From positions 50,034,001-50,098,000 of the forward strand of contig OZ024749.1 of the NCBI GenBank assembly GCA_964016885.1: 64,000 nucleotides of DNA, in the 5' to 3' direction. Positions within the stretch are counted from its first letter, which is position 1, and the number at the start of each line of letters is the position of its first letter. A program made the translations under genes and the position numbers. A model generated the notes under the pieces. That model had not been told where the DNA came from. It was given only the letters and a program-made list of their open reading frames with translations, and searched no databases. Below are positions 15,626 to 32,248 of the stretch, piece by piece. The DNA is from Eledone cirrhosa. Lineage: Eukaryota.

Positions 15626-16541
15626 TATATATATATAGCATAGATACATATATATAGATATATCGATACATAGATATAGATATATGTAGTCAACTTAGAT
15701 ATTCATTTGTGCATATATGTACGCCCGCTTAAAATGTAGACTCGTAAGTAGTATTCACATTTTGTTAACCGTACAGTTTAATTGTATATAATCTTCATAA
15801 TGGAAACATCTACGTGGTTATTTTGATATTACGTGTTATATTATTATTCATACAAACAAACAGTGCAACGTGACTGGAAACCAATGTAAAGAAAGAATAG
15901 TGTTTTGAACAGATTATATGTATACTTTCTAAACACTCTTTAAAAGTGTTCAAATAAAACATGATTTCTAAACTACAATATTCCATTATATATAAAATGC
16001 GAAATCTTATATAATTACTTGGCTAACAATCTATGTAGCTGTGAACTAATAGTATATATACCAGACTATATACGACTGTGCTAAAGTATGTAACTATATG
16101 AGAATGTAATATGGATGTATGTAAGAATGATATGTATATATGTATTTGTGTTTGCATATTTTGGTAACTTTATGGGTGAATTATTCCAGTCTTTGTTGAA
16201 GAATTGAAACCTGTCAGGGACTGGATGATAAGGAAGATGACAATGAATAACGTTTCAGGGATTTGCGAATAAGTAAATGAAGTAATCTATAAGTGATGTA
16301 TGTACATATGTGAATGTGTTTGTATTGAATGATATTACATGAAATGGATATACATGAGAATATGTATAGAAGAACAAATATTTGTGTTTTCATGCGACTA
16401 CATACATGCATACCCTATGAAGATAGGCCTGATTTTTTACATGTTGGATTAAATTAAAGCAAACCTAAAAGTGTTGGAATATGTTGCAGAGCTCTACATT
16501 AGAGGACATTGTTTACTAGGTAACTATATATATATATATAA

Positions 16542-16634
<93 letters not shown>

Positions 16635-16667
16635 CAGACACACATATATATATACATACAGACACAC

Positions 16668-17617
<950 letters not shown>

Positions 17618-17640
17618 ATATACATGTGTGTGTGTGTGTG

Positions 17641-17688
<48 letters not shown>

Positions 17689-20353
17689 CCTAGTAAACAA
17701 TCATCCACACAGCGAAGATTCGATCTCCTATTTCGGGTCAAACAGATATACAGATATAAAAATATATAAAAATATGAATGGTTGAGGCTTACCCGGACCC
17801 CTGGAATGATGGTAAAGTCCAGTGTTGGGGTTTATGCGGCTCCATAAGTCATTTACTGTCCACTTACATAAAGGATGTTAAGTTTCTTGTATCCTGATTG
17901 AACTAGGAGTACGCGTTTTCAACGGGATTCAGTTCGAAAGTCTACATAGATGTGTCTGTAACTGACCCATCGCGGGGTTCAACAAGGGAGGCAACACATA
18001 TATTAGGCGAATTAATTCAGTTGTGTATAATATTGCGAAAATGCAAAATATCACAAATCGAATAAAGCTCTCGACAGAGTGGTTAAATATAACAAAGCTA
18101 TTCGGCAGTCAATAGAATAGACCAAAACCAGTCAATAAAATTAACTGGCCAATAGCTAGACTCTGGCGATTAATACAAGTAAAAATTAGCGAGGATCGAA
18201 TGTCAGCCCATGAATTAACGAGAAACATTTTCGAGTTGGATCCAAGGGCTGTCTGTGTTGTACATTGTAGTTGTGTTGAATGTATTGTCATTTATTTAAT
18301 TGCAAAAACTAACGGATAGTATTTTCTTTTGTAATCGCATTCTCTTGATTGTGTGGCCTGCTGAATACAAAGTAGATATAAAGTATATATAGATATTTGT
18401 AGCTCAAGTTGACTCGTATCGAAATAATGGTCTGAATTACCCCTATTGTTTATACGTGATGGTTCTGTGTTTTGGTATTTTATACATCGTTGTTGAACGG
18501 ATTTACGAGGGGGGGGGGGTGCAAATGTTAAGTGTTTATATAGCTTAGCTATATACTTATACTAATAAAAGTGCGTTACAATTTTGCTGTAGTATTGGGT
18601 TTTGTTTTTATTCATTTATTTGTAGGCCTGTGAGTTTATTTAATATCGATCGTGATTCAGGAGAGATTTATTAAATTGTCATTTTTTGTTGAATGTTATT
18701 TTAAGTCCTAGACTTCGTGAGTTGTAAATGACCGAGTATGTGAAGTTAATTTGTTGTTAAGTGTGTGATTAAGTAATTAATCAATTTGTTGTTTGGGTAC
18801 GGATTATGGTAATGTTAAACGAGTAAAGAATTATCAGGTTTTTCAATGTACAGCGATGTGGATGTTGTTTCGCTGATTGTATCGCTATTTTGTTCCTGTT
18901 CCGATGATTTGATTAATAATATATATTTATTCATAGTCGGGCTCTCTAGAGAATGAATAACAAAACCAGGCAAAGGGTTGAGAATGGAAGACCAATATCA
19001 AATCTTACGTTATTTGAACCCAGAATGAAGAGAACCAAGAGGAGTATGGTCAAGATATGTCATCCGATGTTCTACCAAGTCTGCCTTGATGACTGGAAAA
19101 TAGTAGTCAATTAATTGAAATGGGAATAGTGGCTTTCAGGATCCCTTTTGTGTACGAAATGAATTATATTGCCATTATATATGCTTTAAATCATTGGTAT
19201 ACTCCCGAGGCTAGATAATTATTTATACCAATTTCCCTAATGGCCACAACAGACCTTACTTATAGTTTGATTCGGCATTGTAAAATTGCATTTATACAGT
19301 ACTATACATCACATCTCATTATATTTGTGTACAACGACAATGAACTACAGTCTAATGAAGAATTATGGGGTAATCAAGTATGAGATTAAGAGACAAATCA
19401 ATTAATTCTTAATTCTTAATGTCGCCCCTTTAAACCAGAAGCTTAAATGTTTCCCTAAACAAATATAATCCCCAATGGAAGGTGTGTACTAGTCGGAACA
19501 ATAATTCTACTCTAAGGCCCTTCAAACAGTATAATATAGACGACAGTATATAATTATTGAAGTGTAAGTCGCCTAATGAGACTAGTAAAAAGGTTTTGCA
19601 TCCAGTAACATAGGACAATATTAATCACAGAGTAACGATCAACTTAAATTCTTAAGGAGATTTTCATATATTTTCCAAATTCAGAATTGATGTCATTCTC
19701 CCGGCTTCATTACATTTCTGTTGCCGTTTCATTTGTATAAAAACAACAGGATTTGAAATAAGATAATATTATTGAAAATATGTAAATAACTAAACATAAG
19801 CAATGTCGTAAAAAATTAACTGAAAAACACATCAGTGAGCAATTCAATACTGATTTAATACCTGATAAAATTGATTAAGTTTTATGTAGTGCATCTTGCA
19901 GTGTAAAGTGTTATTTTAACTAGTATGAAAAATTGTACATATAATACAAATATATTTATCCTCAAGTAATTATTTCTTTTAACCTTTGAGATTGCTTTAA
20001 CGAACTCTTTGTGATAGCTTGAACATAACCACAGAACGGGTAACTGAAATATCGTTGTTGCATACACGATGTACCAAGAATCATCAAATTATACATATAT
20101 GAATGTGTATGTGTGTGGCTAAAATAAATTAACGATTTCACGTATTTCAACTAGATTATGTTGCACCTTGTACGTTCATACCTATGCAGGTGCCGTTATA
20201 TGTATACAGGCATTTCCATCACTCTGGGAATAGTTGTTTCATTAATCCATTTTTTTTCTTTTTAAATCTCAGGTATTAACGGAATAATTAACAACAATAG
20301 CATTAATTACACCAACATTGGTGTATGTGATTTCAATTTATCATATTAACTAA

Positions 20354-20542
20354 AGGGCAGTGGATTGGCAGTATCGGTAGAGGGTCGGACGCCATGCTTT
20401 CCAGCATAGTTACGTCCCTTTACGATCTGAGTTCAAATCCCGCCGAGGTTGACTTTGCCTTTCATCCTTACGAGGTCGATAAAATAAAGTACCAGTAATG
20501 CACTGGGTAATTGCTGGCATTGTGACTAAAGTAGAAACAATT
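20354..20542 (+). mobile_element. Full-length tRNA-derived SINE with TSD
   Basis: A-box-like TGGCAGTATCGG and B box GAGTTCAAATCC. Target duplication ATATTAACTAA at 20343-20353 and 20543-20553. Confidence 0.9.
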
Positions 20543-20877
20543 ATATTAACTAATGATTATTTTGGTGATATTTTAAATGAGATGCGTCCTGTTCATTATG
20601 TATGTTCGCTTGGGGGGGGGGCGTATAAACAAGTATTCATTCTCATATGGCAATGTTAAGTGGTCTTTTCCAAGTAGGTGCCATTTTTACACTGAATTTC
20701 CTCTGGCAGTTTCCATGATATTTCCATTAACATAGTAATGAGGATAATCCGATTTTGTTGGATTTGCCTTTTAATAATTGAACAAGCGTACACATACACA
20801 CAACTTCCCCGTACACACACACACACCCACGCACACACACGAGCATGTACCCATACACACATACACACACACATATG

Positions 20878-20935
<58 letters not shown>

Positions 20936-21708
20936 AGGGTTAACACAATATCGTTATAGGTAATCCAGTTAGAGGTTTTGAATACTTCGTATTATGGCTA
21001 GTTTTAGCGTACGGCCTTGTTTGACTCAACGGGGGGTTTACGTAGGTGGCGAGTTTATGAGTTCTCCTGCATTCCTATGTAAGATTATCCTCGAGTAATA
21101 ATATTAAAAGAGTGAAGAATAACATGGTCAACAATATAAAAATAAAACTTTTTTTTGGACTGTTTACCATGTTGTTCTTCACTCTTTCATTATATATATA
21201 TATATAGTACAGCCTTCTGTGGAAACAATTTACAGTTTTTATTATTTGAAATATGAATAACATCTGGGAAACATCAAGTGGTACAATTATTCTAAATATA
21301 CACCAATTCATGTTGCGATCTAATATGTAATGTACATGTTATTCAAGTATTATCGTAGTCTATAAGTCGTAGGGGAATTTTACGGGATTGTTCAGTACTT
21401 ATCTAGAGGGTTAATTGGTTATGGATACTTGCTGCAATTGGAATTCACAAAATGTTATATCTGCACAGGTTTACACGCACATATATCTATATCTATATCT
21501 CTCCCCTCCTATCTCTCTCTCTCACTCTCTCTATCTCCCTCTATCTATCTATCAATGTATCTATCTATCTCGCATTCTTGAATATTTACAACATAGGTTG
21601 TTCAGATAAAAGCACATTAAACAAGAAACGTTTTCAATCTGAGCTATGGACGAACTATGACATATGTGACGCTTAATTGAACTCAGAACAGAACATTATA
21701 TAATATAC

Positions 21709-21885
21709 TGGGCGGTGGATTGGCAGTATCGATAGAGGATCGGACATCATGCTTCGCAGCACAGAGTTACGGCCCATTATGGTCTGAGTTCAAATCCATC
21801 CGCTGTTAACTTTGCCTTACGGGGTCGATAAAATAAAGTACCAGTAATACAGAGTGATAATTGCTGGCCTTGTGCCAACAATTAT
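21709..21885 (+). mobile_element. tRNA-derived SINE
   Basis: Matches the family, with a small internal deletion. Confidence 0.85.
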
Positions 21886-21943
21886 ATAACATTCTGGAAC
21901 TTAGACACTAACCATATTGGCATTCATGCAGCCTTTATTAATA

Positions 21944-22009
21944 TACAAAAATTAGTGTATCGGTAAGATTTGAAAATACAAAAATTAGTGTATCGGTAAG
22001 ATTTGAAAT
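21944..22009. repeat. Tandem duplication of ~32 bp
   Basis: ATACAAAAATTAGTGTATCGGTAAGATTTGAAA occurs twice in succession. Confidence 0.9.
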
Positions 22010-22407
22010 AGAATAGCACAATTCTAACGCTAAATGCATAAAGTGTTATTTAGTAACTTTATAACATGTGTTATTTAAATAGTTTTCCTTATCACATACT
22101 AGTTCTGTACTTACGCTGAAGTTTAAATTTCCAAATGATTTATTCTTGTGTGCAACATACTTTCTATTGCCGTATACTTTTATTCTTCACGTGATTACAT
22201 ATATTCGTCAATTGTTACAAGTGTATAGCAATGCTTAAATTAACAAGAATTCTTTAGTATATTTTACTTTCTACATGAAAACGTTAATAGAAAAATCGTC
22301 GTTTTCATTGTGTTGTACCAAATTGTCACACTATTCCATATAATTTCTCTCACGCATGCATATATATATATATATATAAATCTACATATATATATACATA
22401 AATATTC

Positions 22408-22478
<71 letters not shown>

Positions 22479-22552
22479 CATCTACACAGATACATACATA
22501 TATATTTAAATATATATACATATATATATATATATTCATATATATATATATA

Positions 22553-22640
<88 letters not shown>

Positions 22641-23079
22641 CGTGTATATATTTATATATAAATATATAAGAGAACGTTGAAGTTTGATTGTATGTATGTA
22701 CGTTCGATTTTAGAATATATTACCTAGAGTATCACATGCAATCACGCAATCCATTCTTGGGTGTTGTGGGTGTTGTGAACATCGTCATTAATTTTGTCTA
22801 CGTGGAATACAACAAGATTTACGGTTTAGTTTTTATATCAAATTTTTTCCCTTCAGATAATTCATTTAAAATATATTTTTTTGTGCTTTGTTAAATCTCG
22901 AATATCCAGTTCCTTCCAGTTCTAAATAAGTTTTCAAGTAAATAAATGGCATGCATGATATTATGTGCGTTTTTCATTTGAATCGTTTTCTTCTCTTTTT
23001 CTTTAGTGAATAGTTTTCCATACAGAGAGATATGTACATACACATTGCACGTTCGTTTCAAAATCGAGGGTAAAAAAGG

Positions 23080-23168
<89 letters not shown>

Positions 23169-23203
23169 ATCACTATATATATATATATGTGTGTGTGTAT
23201 ATC

Positions 23204-23282
<79 letters not shown>

Positions 23283-23877
23283 GAGTCTTTGGGTATTGAT
23301 AAACATATATATATATAGAGATATATGAAGTTTTAATTGGAAAGGATGTTGAATGAAGTAAGTAGGTGAGAGCGTGTGGTATGGTGTTAAATAATCGGAA
23401 TACAGGAAAACGGTCCGTTCATGTTTAATCATACAGCTGCACACACAACTTCTTTTACACAAAGTCAACAACCTTATAGCATCTTTATTCAGTACGTTTT
23501 TTTTTCTATGTTTATATATTTAGATCGGATGCAATTCATACATATTCTGCTTTATTGGTTCACAACACAGTAATAGACACACCACCACATAGATGCATAT
23601 CCATATACATTTAAATGAAGATATAGCGAAAATTGAAAAAGAGTCAAAGAATATATCAGACGGAGATGATAACAATAAACGTAAATCCTCTATGTCTGCA
23701 TGTATATTTCATCAATATTTGATATGATTAATTCATTATAGTCTTGAGTTTGGCTGTAATTTGTTTGATATTCACTTAATTGGCTGAGGTGCTGCACCTA
23801 TTCACAACTTAACAGAAGCAAAAGCAGTCACATAAGCAAGAACACACTTACTCACACACACAAAGACACACATAGAT

Positions 23878-23984
<107 letters not shown>

Positions 23985-24051
23985 CGTCTCTCTCTCTCTC
24001 TCTCTCTCTTTTTTCATTCTTTCTGTCTCACCCTTTCTTTTCTCTATGTCC

Positions 24052-24159
<108 letters not shown>

Positions 24160-27004
24160 TACATGTATACTTGTTTGTTGTCGTTGCTCTCTATTGAACG
24201 GAACACGTTAAAATAATTATTCATGATCAAAGACGATGTTTGGTCACCTCTGTTGTATCGGAACTTTTATTTGTCACTGGAGGCGCTGGTATGCGCCGGA
24301 TATGAGCGAGAGAAGCAGCGAGATGTAAATAAGAATAAAGAATAAACAATAACAAATAAAAAAAATACAATTATATTGTCTCTATATTTTACATATTAAT
24401 TCAAATGATTCTCTCATAAAAATTTAACATGAAATAAATATATAGTAAGTATATAATTATATGCTTCCTGCTGAACATAGCTTTGCTAACACACGAGGCA
24501 GTGCGATTAATAAAACAAGTATATCATTAATGTATGTATATATGTAAACTTTCCAATTATAATGAGCACATTGATTAACCATATTTACTTATTCAATGTT
24601 ATATTGTTATTTGCTACCAGAAATATCATTTCAAAATATATTAGGATTGGTAAAAACTACCCAGGCCTTATATATCACTCGTTAAATATCTATTATCTAT
24701 TTGTCTTTCCGAAATATAAACAACCGAATGATGAACTAATATTGATATCTTACACCTGATTATTCTAATCAGTTTCTATCATACATGTCTATGTACATGA
24801 GGCATCATTCGTGTAACGTCCATCACAATCAGCCCAACCGGAGCAGTTTATTCGCCAAATAACACCAGCAACAGTTTGAATAAGTGATAACAATTGTGAA
24901 TAGTCTCATATGTTGGCCGAACAAAATATTGACAAAGTTCTTTTAATTGTATATATACCAAGTATAGGTTTATCTACAAACAGTCACCAATTTTCTATTG
25001 TTTTCGAAATATAACTTTCTTTTTTTATATCATTACCACAACAATACTCTTCCACATTAGACGATTTGAAAAATAATAGGAAAATAATGATATACCATTT
25101 TTATATTTACGGTAATATACATAACATTAAGATGTAGGATCTATGAACAATAATGTAAATGGCTGCGTATTTACTCTCGTCCGCTCGTCCAATCAATAAT
25201 GACATTAAATCTGTTTGCCTTATATTTATTGAAAATTATGATACGATAAATGGAAAATATTGGTGATACATTAATGGTAATACCAAATATATGACTAAAT
25301 GGAGATTTGCATATGTTACAAGTAAAAGGAAATTGATATAACTGACTGTTCAATTTAATCTGAGGATGAATCCATGTTCTTATTTCATATTCTTGGTTTA
25401 TGTCCAAAAATTCAAGTTTGGTCACTACAAATCTAAAAGGAAATATTCTATATGCATAGAGAAATAGAACCTCACTATTTCCATCTTTCGTTCCTTCTCG
25501 CAATTACACATTCTCTCTCCTCTGTATGTTTATATATACATGTATATACTGTTCCAGATCCTGAACTTTTAATCTTTAAAAGCTGAATCGGGGAATTCAG
25601 AAAGGTAACAAGTTCTAAACATAATCTGTTTATAGATAGATAAAAAGAGATGCATGTTTTTTGTTTTTTTTTCTACAAGCTTCCTAATTATGAATGGCGA
25701 TTGGTGTCGTTATTATAAGGCAACGCACAAAAATACCACGATATGAATTTGAAATCATTCTGCAGTGAATAGAATGAACCTAATTTTTTTTAAAGAATAT
25801 ATTCTTACATTTTACTAACTTGAATCGATACTAATCTGAAAAGGACATACATACTCCAAGAATCTAACCTACAGAATTTAAAAGAAATCTATACAAATTT
25901 AAGCAAGACTTTTTTTATATAAGTCTTTCTATAAGTATGAATTTTGTTCATTAATATATATATATAATTATGAACCTACACACAGTAAGTAAAGTAAACG
26001 AATACAAAACAAACTGCCGATGGTAAAAGGAAATATATGTCCTTAATTTCGCTTGAATTCGAGATGACAGAAATAAAAGTAATTTCAAAAAGTGATGCCT
26101 GAAACATTTAACACTCGTGCTCAGGCACATTCAAATATTTCTATAATATACTGTCAATATCTGTGTGTATCACTTCCTCTTCCTGCAAGATGTTATTCAT
26201 ACGTCTTCCTGGGGTCTACCATCCAGTCACCTGCCGGTTGGTGTTGTCTGAATTAGTCTCCCTACATGATACCTCCTCAAATGAAACATATACGTCAATG
26301 GAAATGCCATAAACATTAATGAAAAAAACGACAAGTTCAGGGGAGTTAACTGCAATCACAACCCGTGAATAAACAATGTCATTCTAGAAGATTAGGAAAT
26401 AACACGTGCAGGTTAAATGTACAGAAATACTAAGTTTTAAATCCAGTCGAAGGAATATAACACTCAGTTGGACATAGTAAATTAGAAATATTCTAGATCA
26501 TTAATCAGACGACAATCTCTCAGCTCAAATAATATGTTTCCGCAAAGGGATAAATTACAAAACACTTATTCTAATGAAATACGCGACAATATTTTGGACA
26601 TTTTAGAAACTCGCGCTAAATGGAATGAATAATTGATAAATAAAGATAACGAATAATCAATATTAAGAAATAAAGTTATCTTCATTCCCAGAGAGACTGG
26701 GTAAACAACATTAGACGCTTTCATTTCTAATTTGTAAACACATTTCTATATAATGAATTAACACGTCAAAACTTCACTTCGTTCTCCGGCGGATAAGAAT
26801 GATAAATAATTGATGAACTTAAAATTAATATTAAAAGAGTTATTGAAATTAAAATGTAGTGCCTTAATAAGAGCGATTGTGTAATATACAATATCCTATG
26901 TATGCGGTACGCAAATATTGGAAAAATGATGACAAATGGATGGAGAAATATCTTTCATTTCGTCAACTCAATATCATTTTAATTCAGAATGAACGTAGAA
27001 ATGA

Positions 27005-27195
27005 AATGATTGTTTCTACGTTTGGCACAAGGCCACCAATTACCCAGTGCATTACTGATACTTTATTTTATCGACCCCGTAAGGGTGAAAGGCAAAGTTA
27101 ACCGCGGCGGGATTTGAACTCAGAATGACAAGGGCCATGACTATATGCGTCAAAGCATGGCGTCCGACCCTCTACCGATACCTCCAATCCACCGA
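27005..27195 (-). mobile_element. tRNA-derived SINE
   Basis: Near full-length match to the family. Confidence 0.85.
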
Positions 27196-29293
27196 TGAAA
27201 TAATGTTCAATGTAAAGTTAACTTCATGTATATTAAAATATGACTTAGCAATAATATAATATATTACAATTAATTGCAGTGAGCACATAATGTAGAAAAT
27301 ATAGAGAGGAGACGTATTTCATGGTAGAATGGAATTGTTTTTAAAACACATACCGTATTTGCTGAGTTATGATTTAGAATCATTAAACAGTCCGCCAAAA
27401 TGATTCGACAAGTACCCTCATATTGTCTTGTTTGATATAATGGAACAGTCCATTAAGATTCTACAGACTCTAATCAGTAGGTATCTCATATTTAATTTTC
27501 CGTAATGAATTCCTTATGTAAAGAAAAAGAAAGACGTCTTTGACGAAATGAAATGCATACAGCAAAGTAATTACTTAGGCTGCCACAGCAAAGTTTCTAG
27601 ACAGGTTTCTGAGTTTGCGATGGGAGTAAACCATTCGAAACAGTACGTCTACACACAGTGTATTTAATTACCTAAGTATTTAAACATACCGGATTCGGGT
27701 AGTGAAACTATTTCTCTATATATATGTATTAGTCAATTGGAATCGATATTCAGATGATTGCTTTTATCTTTGGATAGTCTGTCTCGGTCCAGTTAAATAG
27801 ATTCAAGCTGTAGTTACAGGGAAAATGTAACGTCATTTCCTTCCAATGAAAGGGAGTTAAATGAAGCTATAGAATGTTAATCATCATGAAAATAACTAAG
27901 TCATTTTTCTATATTTCTTTAAATAAAAACTATACTCAAAATATTTTACATATCTATATCTTAAATTATATGAATATTTTCAGACACTATAAGATAGGGT
28001 ATGGTTAACTTCTTGTCATACGTGAATACCGTTCGTAAATGAATGTAGTTTGTCAAAATAGAAGAATGCATTCTCTAATTATCGTAGCGATCTTTGGTTA
28101 TTTGATATATATAATTATGCACGTAATGGCATGCATATATAAGTTGTTGACATGCATATATGTAAGAGTTTCTATATCTATTTTCGCATGCGTGTATGCA
28201 TGTTTTCATGTGTGTTTCAATGCATGGCTCTATCCATGTTTCTTCGCGTTTTGAAATGTATTATTTTAATATTAGATTATCATACGCATTTATTATATAT
28301 GTATATATTTAATTGTACTTATATTCTGTTTGACAATTTTCTACAACGGACATGCCTTACTCAAACATACCTACATTTAATAGGTTATTCATTACTGTGA
28401 TGATGGGTTGATTAGAATGCTGTGACAATAGCTTTTGTACACCATTCTATAGTCACATTATAGAAGTATAGATATCAAGGGAATTCCAGTACATACGAAT
28501 CAGATTAAGAACATTTTGTCAATGCACTTAGTGCAAGCAAATAGGCGTTCTATTACAAGCTAATTAAGAGTATTTCATAACGCATATACTAAATAAACAT
28601 TATGATAATGATATCATATCAACAGGTTATTATGCTGAGCAACGGAGATCACGAAATGAACTGCATAAATGTCAAAAGGTATTGAATTCCGGTATAATGT
28701 TAAAGTTACGAACAGCTGATAACAAGTATCAGCTAATGGTATGGTTAATATTGCGCCCCGATAAAACTGAAATACTATTTCTGCCAACCAAAGCACTCGT
28801 TTGATGACATCACCTTTATTACTGAGCAGTAAGTCCTCTCTGATTAAATAGATATTTGTTCAAAGCTATACCAATGTCGATCAAAATATTTAATATATCT
28901 GACATTAGAATGTCCAATAGGTTGTAATGGACACAATGGTGTCAATTGGGAGATATTGTAATAAGATATTCACAGATCTTCCCGTTGTATTGTTTTGTTG
29001 CTTTGCATGAAGTGATTACTGCCATTGAGAATACAAGTATATACATTACAATGAAAATACCTTCTGAGTTTCCATTACAAACATAAATTTACTACATACA
29101 CGTTAGTTCAAACGCTGATGAGATATGTGTTATTATAAATGTACTTTCAATATGAATAATTGGAAACATGCAATCGTTTGAGGTGCATATTTAGCTAAGT
29201 GCATCTCGTAAAATAAATGGTCAATTGTTCAGAGCAAGGATTGAAATTATACCCGAGATTTCGTTTGCCCTAGAGTGCACAATGCCTAACTCA

Positions 29294-29368
<75 letters not shown>

Positions 29369-29371
<3 letters not shown>

Positions 29372-29652
29372 TAAGTATGACCCCAACGGCAGAGCTCAAG
29401 CCGTTTCAAATAACCTGGTGAATAAATAGCCGAACTTGTCAAGGGCTACTTCCTTATATGGGAAGATTGTAGTTGTCGAGAGGATTGGTCAAAATCAGTT
29501 GTAAACACAAATAGGTATATCATGGCATTGAAACGGCTTGAACTCTGGCGTTGGGGTCATACATTTTCCTATTACCCACCCTACTACCCTACGTATTGCG
29601 TACTCTGGTGCGTTATGGTCTATCTGGTACCTTACCATAACTCATTCGTTAT
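29369..29652 (+). mobile_element. Family H, longest copy, with inverted hammerhead 3' halves
   Basis: GAAACGGCTTGAACTCTGGCGTTGGGGTCATAC at 29530 and its inverted copy at 29375-29407, followed by the family H tail. TA-flanked. Confidence 0.65.
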
Positions 29653-30101
29653 ATATATATATATAGTTTCAAGGGTATCGATAAATATATATAGGTGGGC
29701 TATTTTATGTACGAGGCCAAATATTAATTGTTATAGATAGATTTCCAACAGAGCAGAGTGCTACATATTCTGTTGGCATTGGAACTGTTAGTAGACAGTT
29801 TACCTTTGGCTACGTATGTCGAATTTCAACCAGTCTTTATGGACATTGCCATGAGACAACCGTGCAAATTTCAGAAAACAAGCAATATCTAAATCAATAT
29901 GCTCTGCGTTTGAGGAAGCAACTAGAGCGTGTCTACCCATCTGCTCAGCTCGATTGATGGCTCTTATCACCCATCTGAAACGTTAGAAGAAAGTTACTAG
30001 CAGACGTTTGCTGAAGGAACAGGACAAGTCTGTATATGTACATATATATATTTAGAAGCATAACAATATATATATATATATATATATATGGGGGGGGTGC
30101 A

Positions 30102-30133
<32 letters not shown>

Positions 30134-30186
30134 GTACTAATAATAAATTTGAAGACTAAAATCCCCTTTGGAAAACTTTAATGTTA

Positions 30187-30225
<39 letters not shown>

Positions 30226-30959
30226 AATATTCATTAATTTTATCCAGCAAAGATAATAATATATTTCCCCCATGTATAATTATCGTACAATTTGCGTTCA
30301 TTAAAATTATGTGAACCAGAAATAATAGCATGGGTAATGTTTTGAAATATATCCTATATTGATGGTAAGGAAGGTGGTAGACATTGACTAGCAATCAATA
30401 TGTCAGAATGCTGGATAATCACCAATCCACAACACTAGACTAATACTAGTACATTAGTTTGCTGCTCATGACTGAGTGAAAGATAAGTTGATCTTCTTAT
30501 TGTAACCGAATGTGTTCAGGGCCAGAAGTAATGCTGGGAATCATTGTTGTAGACTTTAAAACCTTAAATGCAAGTTTTGTATCTTAAAAAATAGATAAGC
30601 AGCTAAATACATTTCGATATTGTATTGAGAACGACACCTAATTAATTCAGGTAATGTATGGGTTAAACATGTATCCTAATACTTCAGCCGCAGGAAATAT
30701 AGCGAGGTCACTATGTTTCGTTTGTATTATCTTCGTGATTTAGTTCATTACCTTCATTATTAATTTTACATCTAATCGACATCGTATTTATTAATTACAT
30801 CTTGAATCAAATACCAATTATACTCTTAACCCATAATGTTTGTCCATGTTATATATATAAGGAAATGGTGATCGTATATTTATGTTGGTTTATCTGGTAA
30901 TAGCCCAGGTCTCTCACCGACCCCATGACTGTTTTGTTGTATCATATATATATATATAT

Positions 30960-30993
<34 letters not shown>

Positions 30994-31120
30994 GGAGAGG
31001 GAGAGGCAGAAAGAGAGAGAGAAAGAGCGAGATAAAGAAAGAGAGAAATAGGAGGTTCTATGTCTACTAAACTTCGCTCGCTATTTCAAAACAAACTTAT
31101 ATATATAACAATATATATAT

Positions 31121-31742
31121 AAACGGAAAAATGAAATGAAATTTCATTTGCAACTCTTAGTACGTCTGTTATTTAAATATAAGTATGTATACGTACATAC
31201 ATATATGTATACAGACGTACAGTAGTATGTATATATATATATATACATACATGCACACATATATATATGTACGTATGGATTCACCAAACATTTATTATAA
31301 TGCTCGGTGTGTTTGTAAACAAACATCCCGTATAAAGCCGCAGTGTCTAGCAACCACCGTTGCTCGTTTGTTCAACACTGACAAAGGAACGCTGTACTAG
31401 TTTCAAGCTTGTTAGCTATCGTCAGCAACGTATACCTTCCTGCCAGATTGTTGAACGTCCGAAAGTATATACTTTCCTTATGCATATTAACGGCTGAGTA
31501 GCCCAATTTGCATATCGAGTGGGTTAATCGGCCGGGTGCACTGAAAACGATAAACGGAAAAACTGAAACAAAATTTCATTTCACACTCTTAGTACGGCTG
31601 TTACTTAAATATAAGTATGTATACGTACATACATATATGTATACAAACGTACAGTAGTATGTATATATATATATATATATATATACATACATGCACACAC
31701 ATATATATGTACGTATGGATTCACCAAACATTTATTATAATG
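31121..31742 (-). mobile_element. Retrozyme/pLTR-like family E: 431-bp tandem unit (~1.4 copies) with hammerhead
   Basis: 31121-31311 is repeated at 31552-31742, with a hammerhead at 31390-31430. Homologous to 48151-49158. Confidence 0.85.
31390..31430 (-). ncRNA. Minimal type I hammerhead ribozyme, intact core
   Basis: CGUUG-CUGACGA-UAGCU-AACA-AGCUU-GAAA-CUAG-UA-CAGCG, with palindromic stem III ACUAGU. Confidence 0.85.
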
Positions 31743-32165
31743 GAACTACTATGAACATTTTATGAAAATTCATACTTATAAACCTAGTTTCAAATTTTCA
31801 AAACAAATTTGTGGTGTCGTTTCTGACTTTCTTAATGTTATTGCTCCTACATAAGGACGACTTCAAAATTACTTGGTAGTTCCATAAACTACATCCTCGT
31901 TTTGTTTTTCATCTATCTAGACTAAATTGTACCCTGCAAACCATGTTTCATTTCTGTTCCACCTCATTACAACCACCCCGCCCCCATCTCTCTCTTTCTT
32001 TTTGTGATATTTGAATCTACTATGATTTGGGGTTACCTTATTCCTATATTTATATATATATACGTTTTTGCATGTCAGTTAGATTCAACCTGACAAAGAT
32101 TGGCATTAAATATATATATATATATAGATATAAATATATATATATGTATACAGAGAGAGAGAGAA

Positions 32166-32248
<83 letters not shown>

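Noticed and set aside
20354-20542. tRNA gene call for the A/B-box sequences
   Set aside because: No cloverleaf. The boxes are heads of multi-copy SINEs with TSDs.
25171-25503. 110-aa non-repetitive ORF
   Set aside because: No recognisable motif or splice context; composition is typical of AT-rich non-coding DNA.
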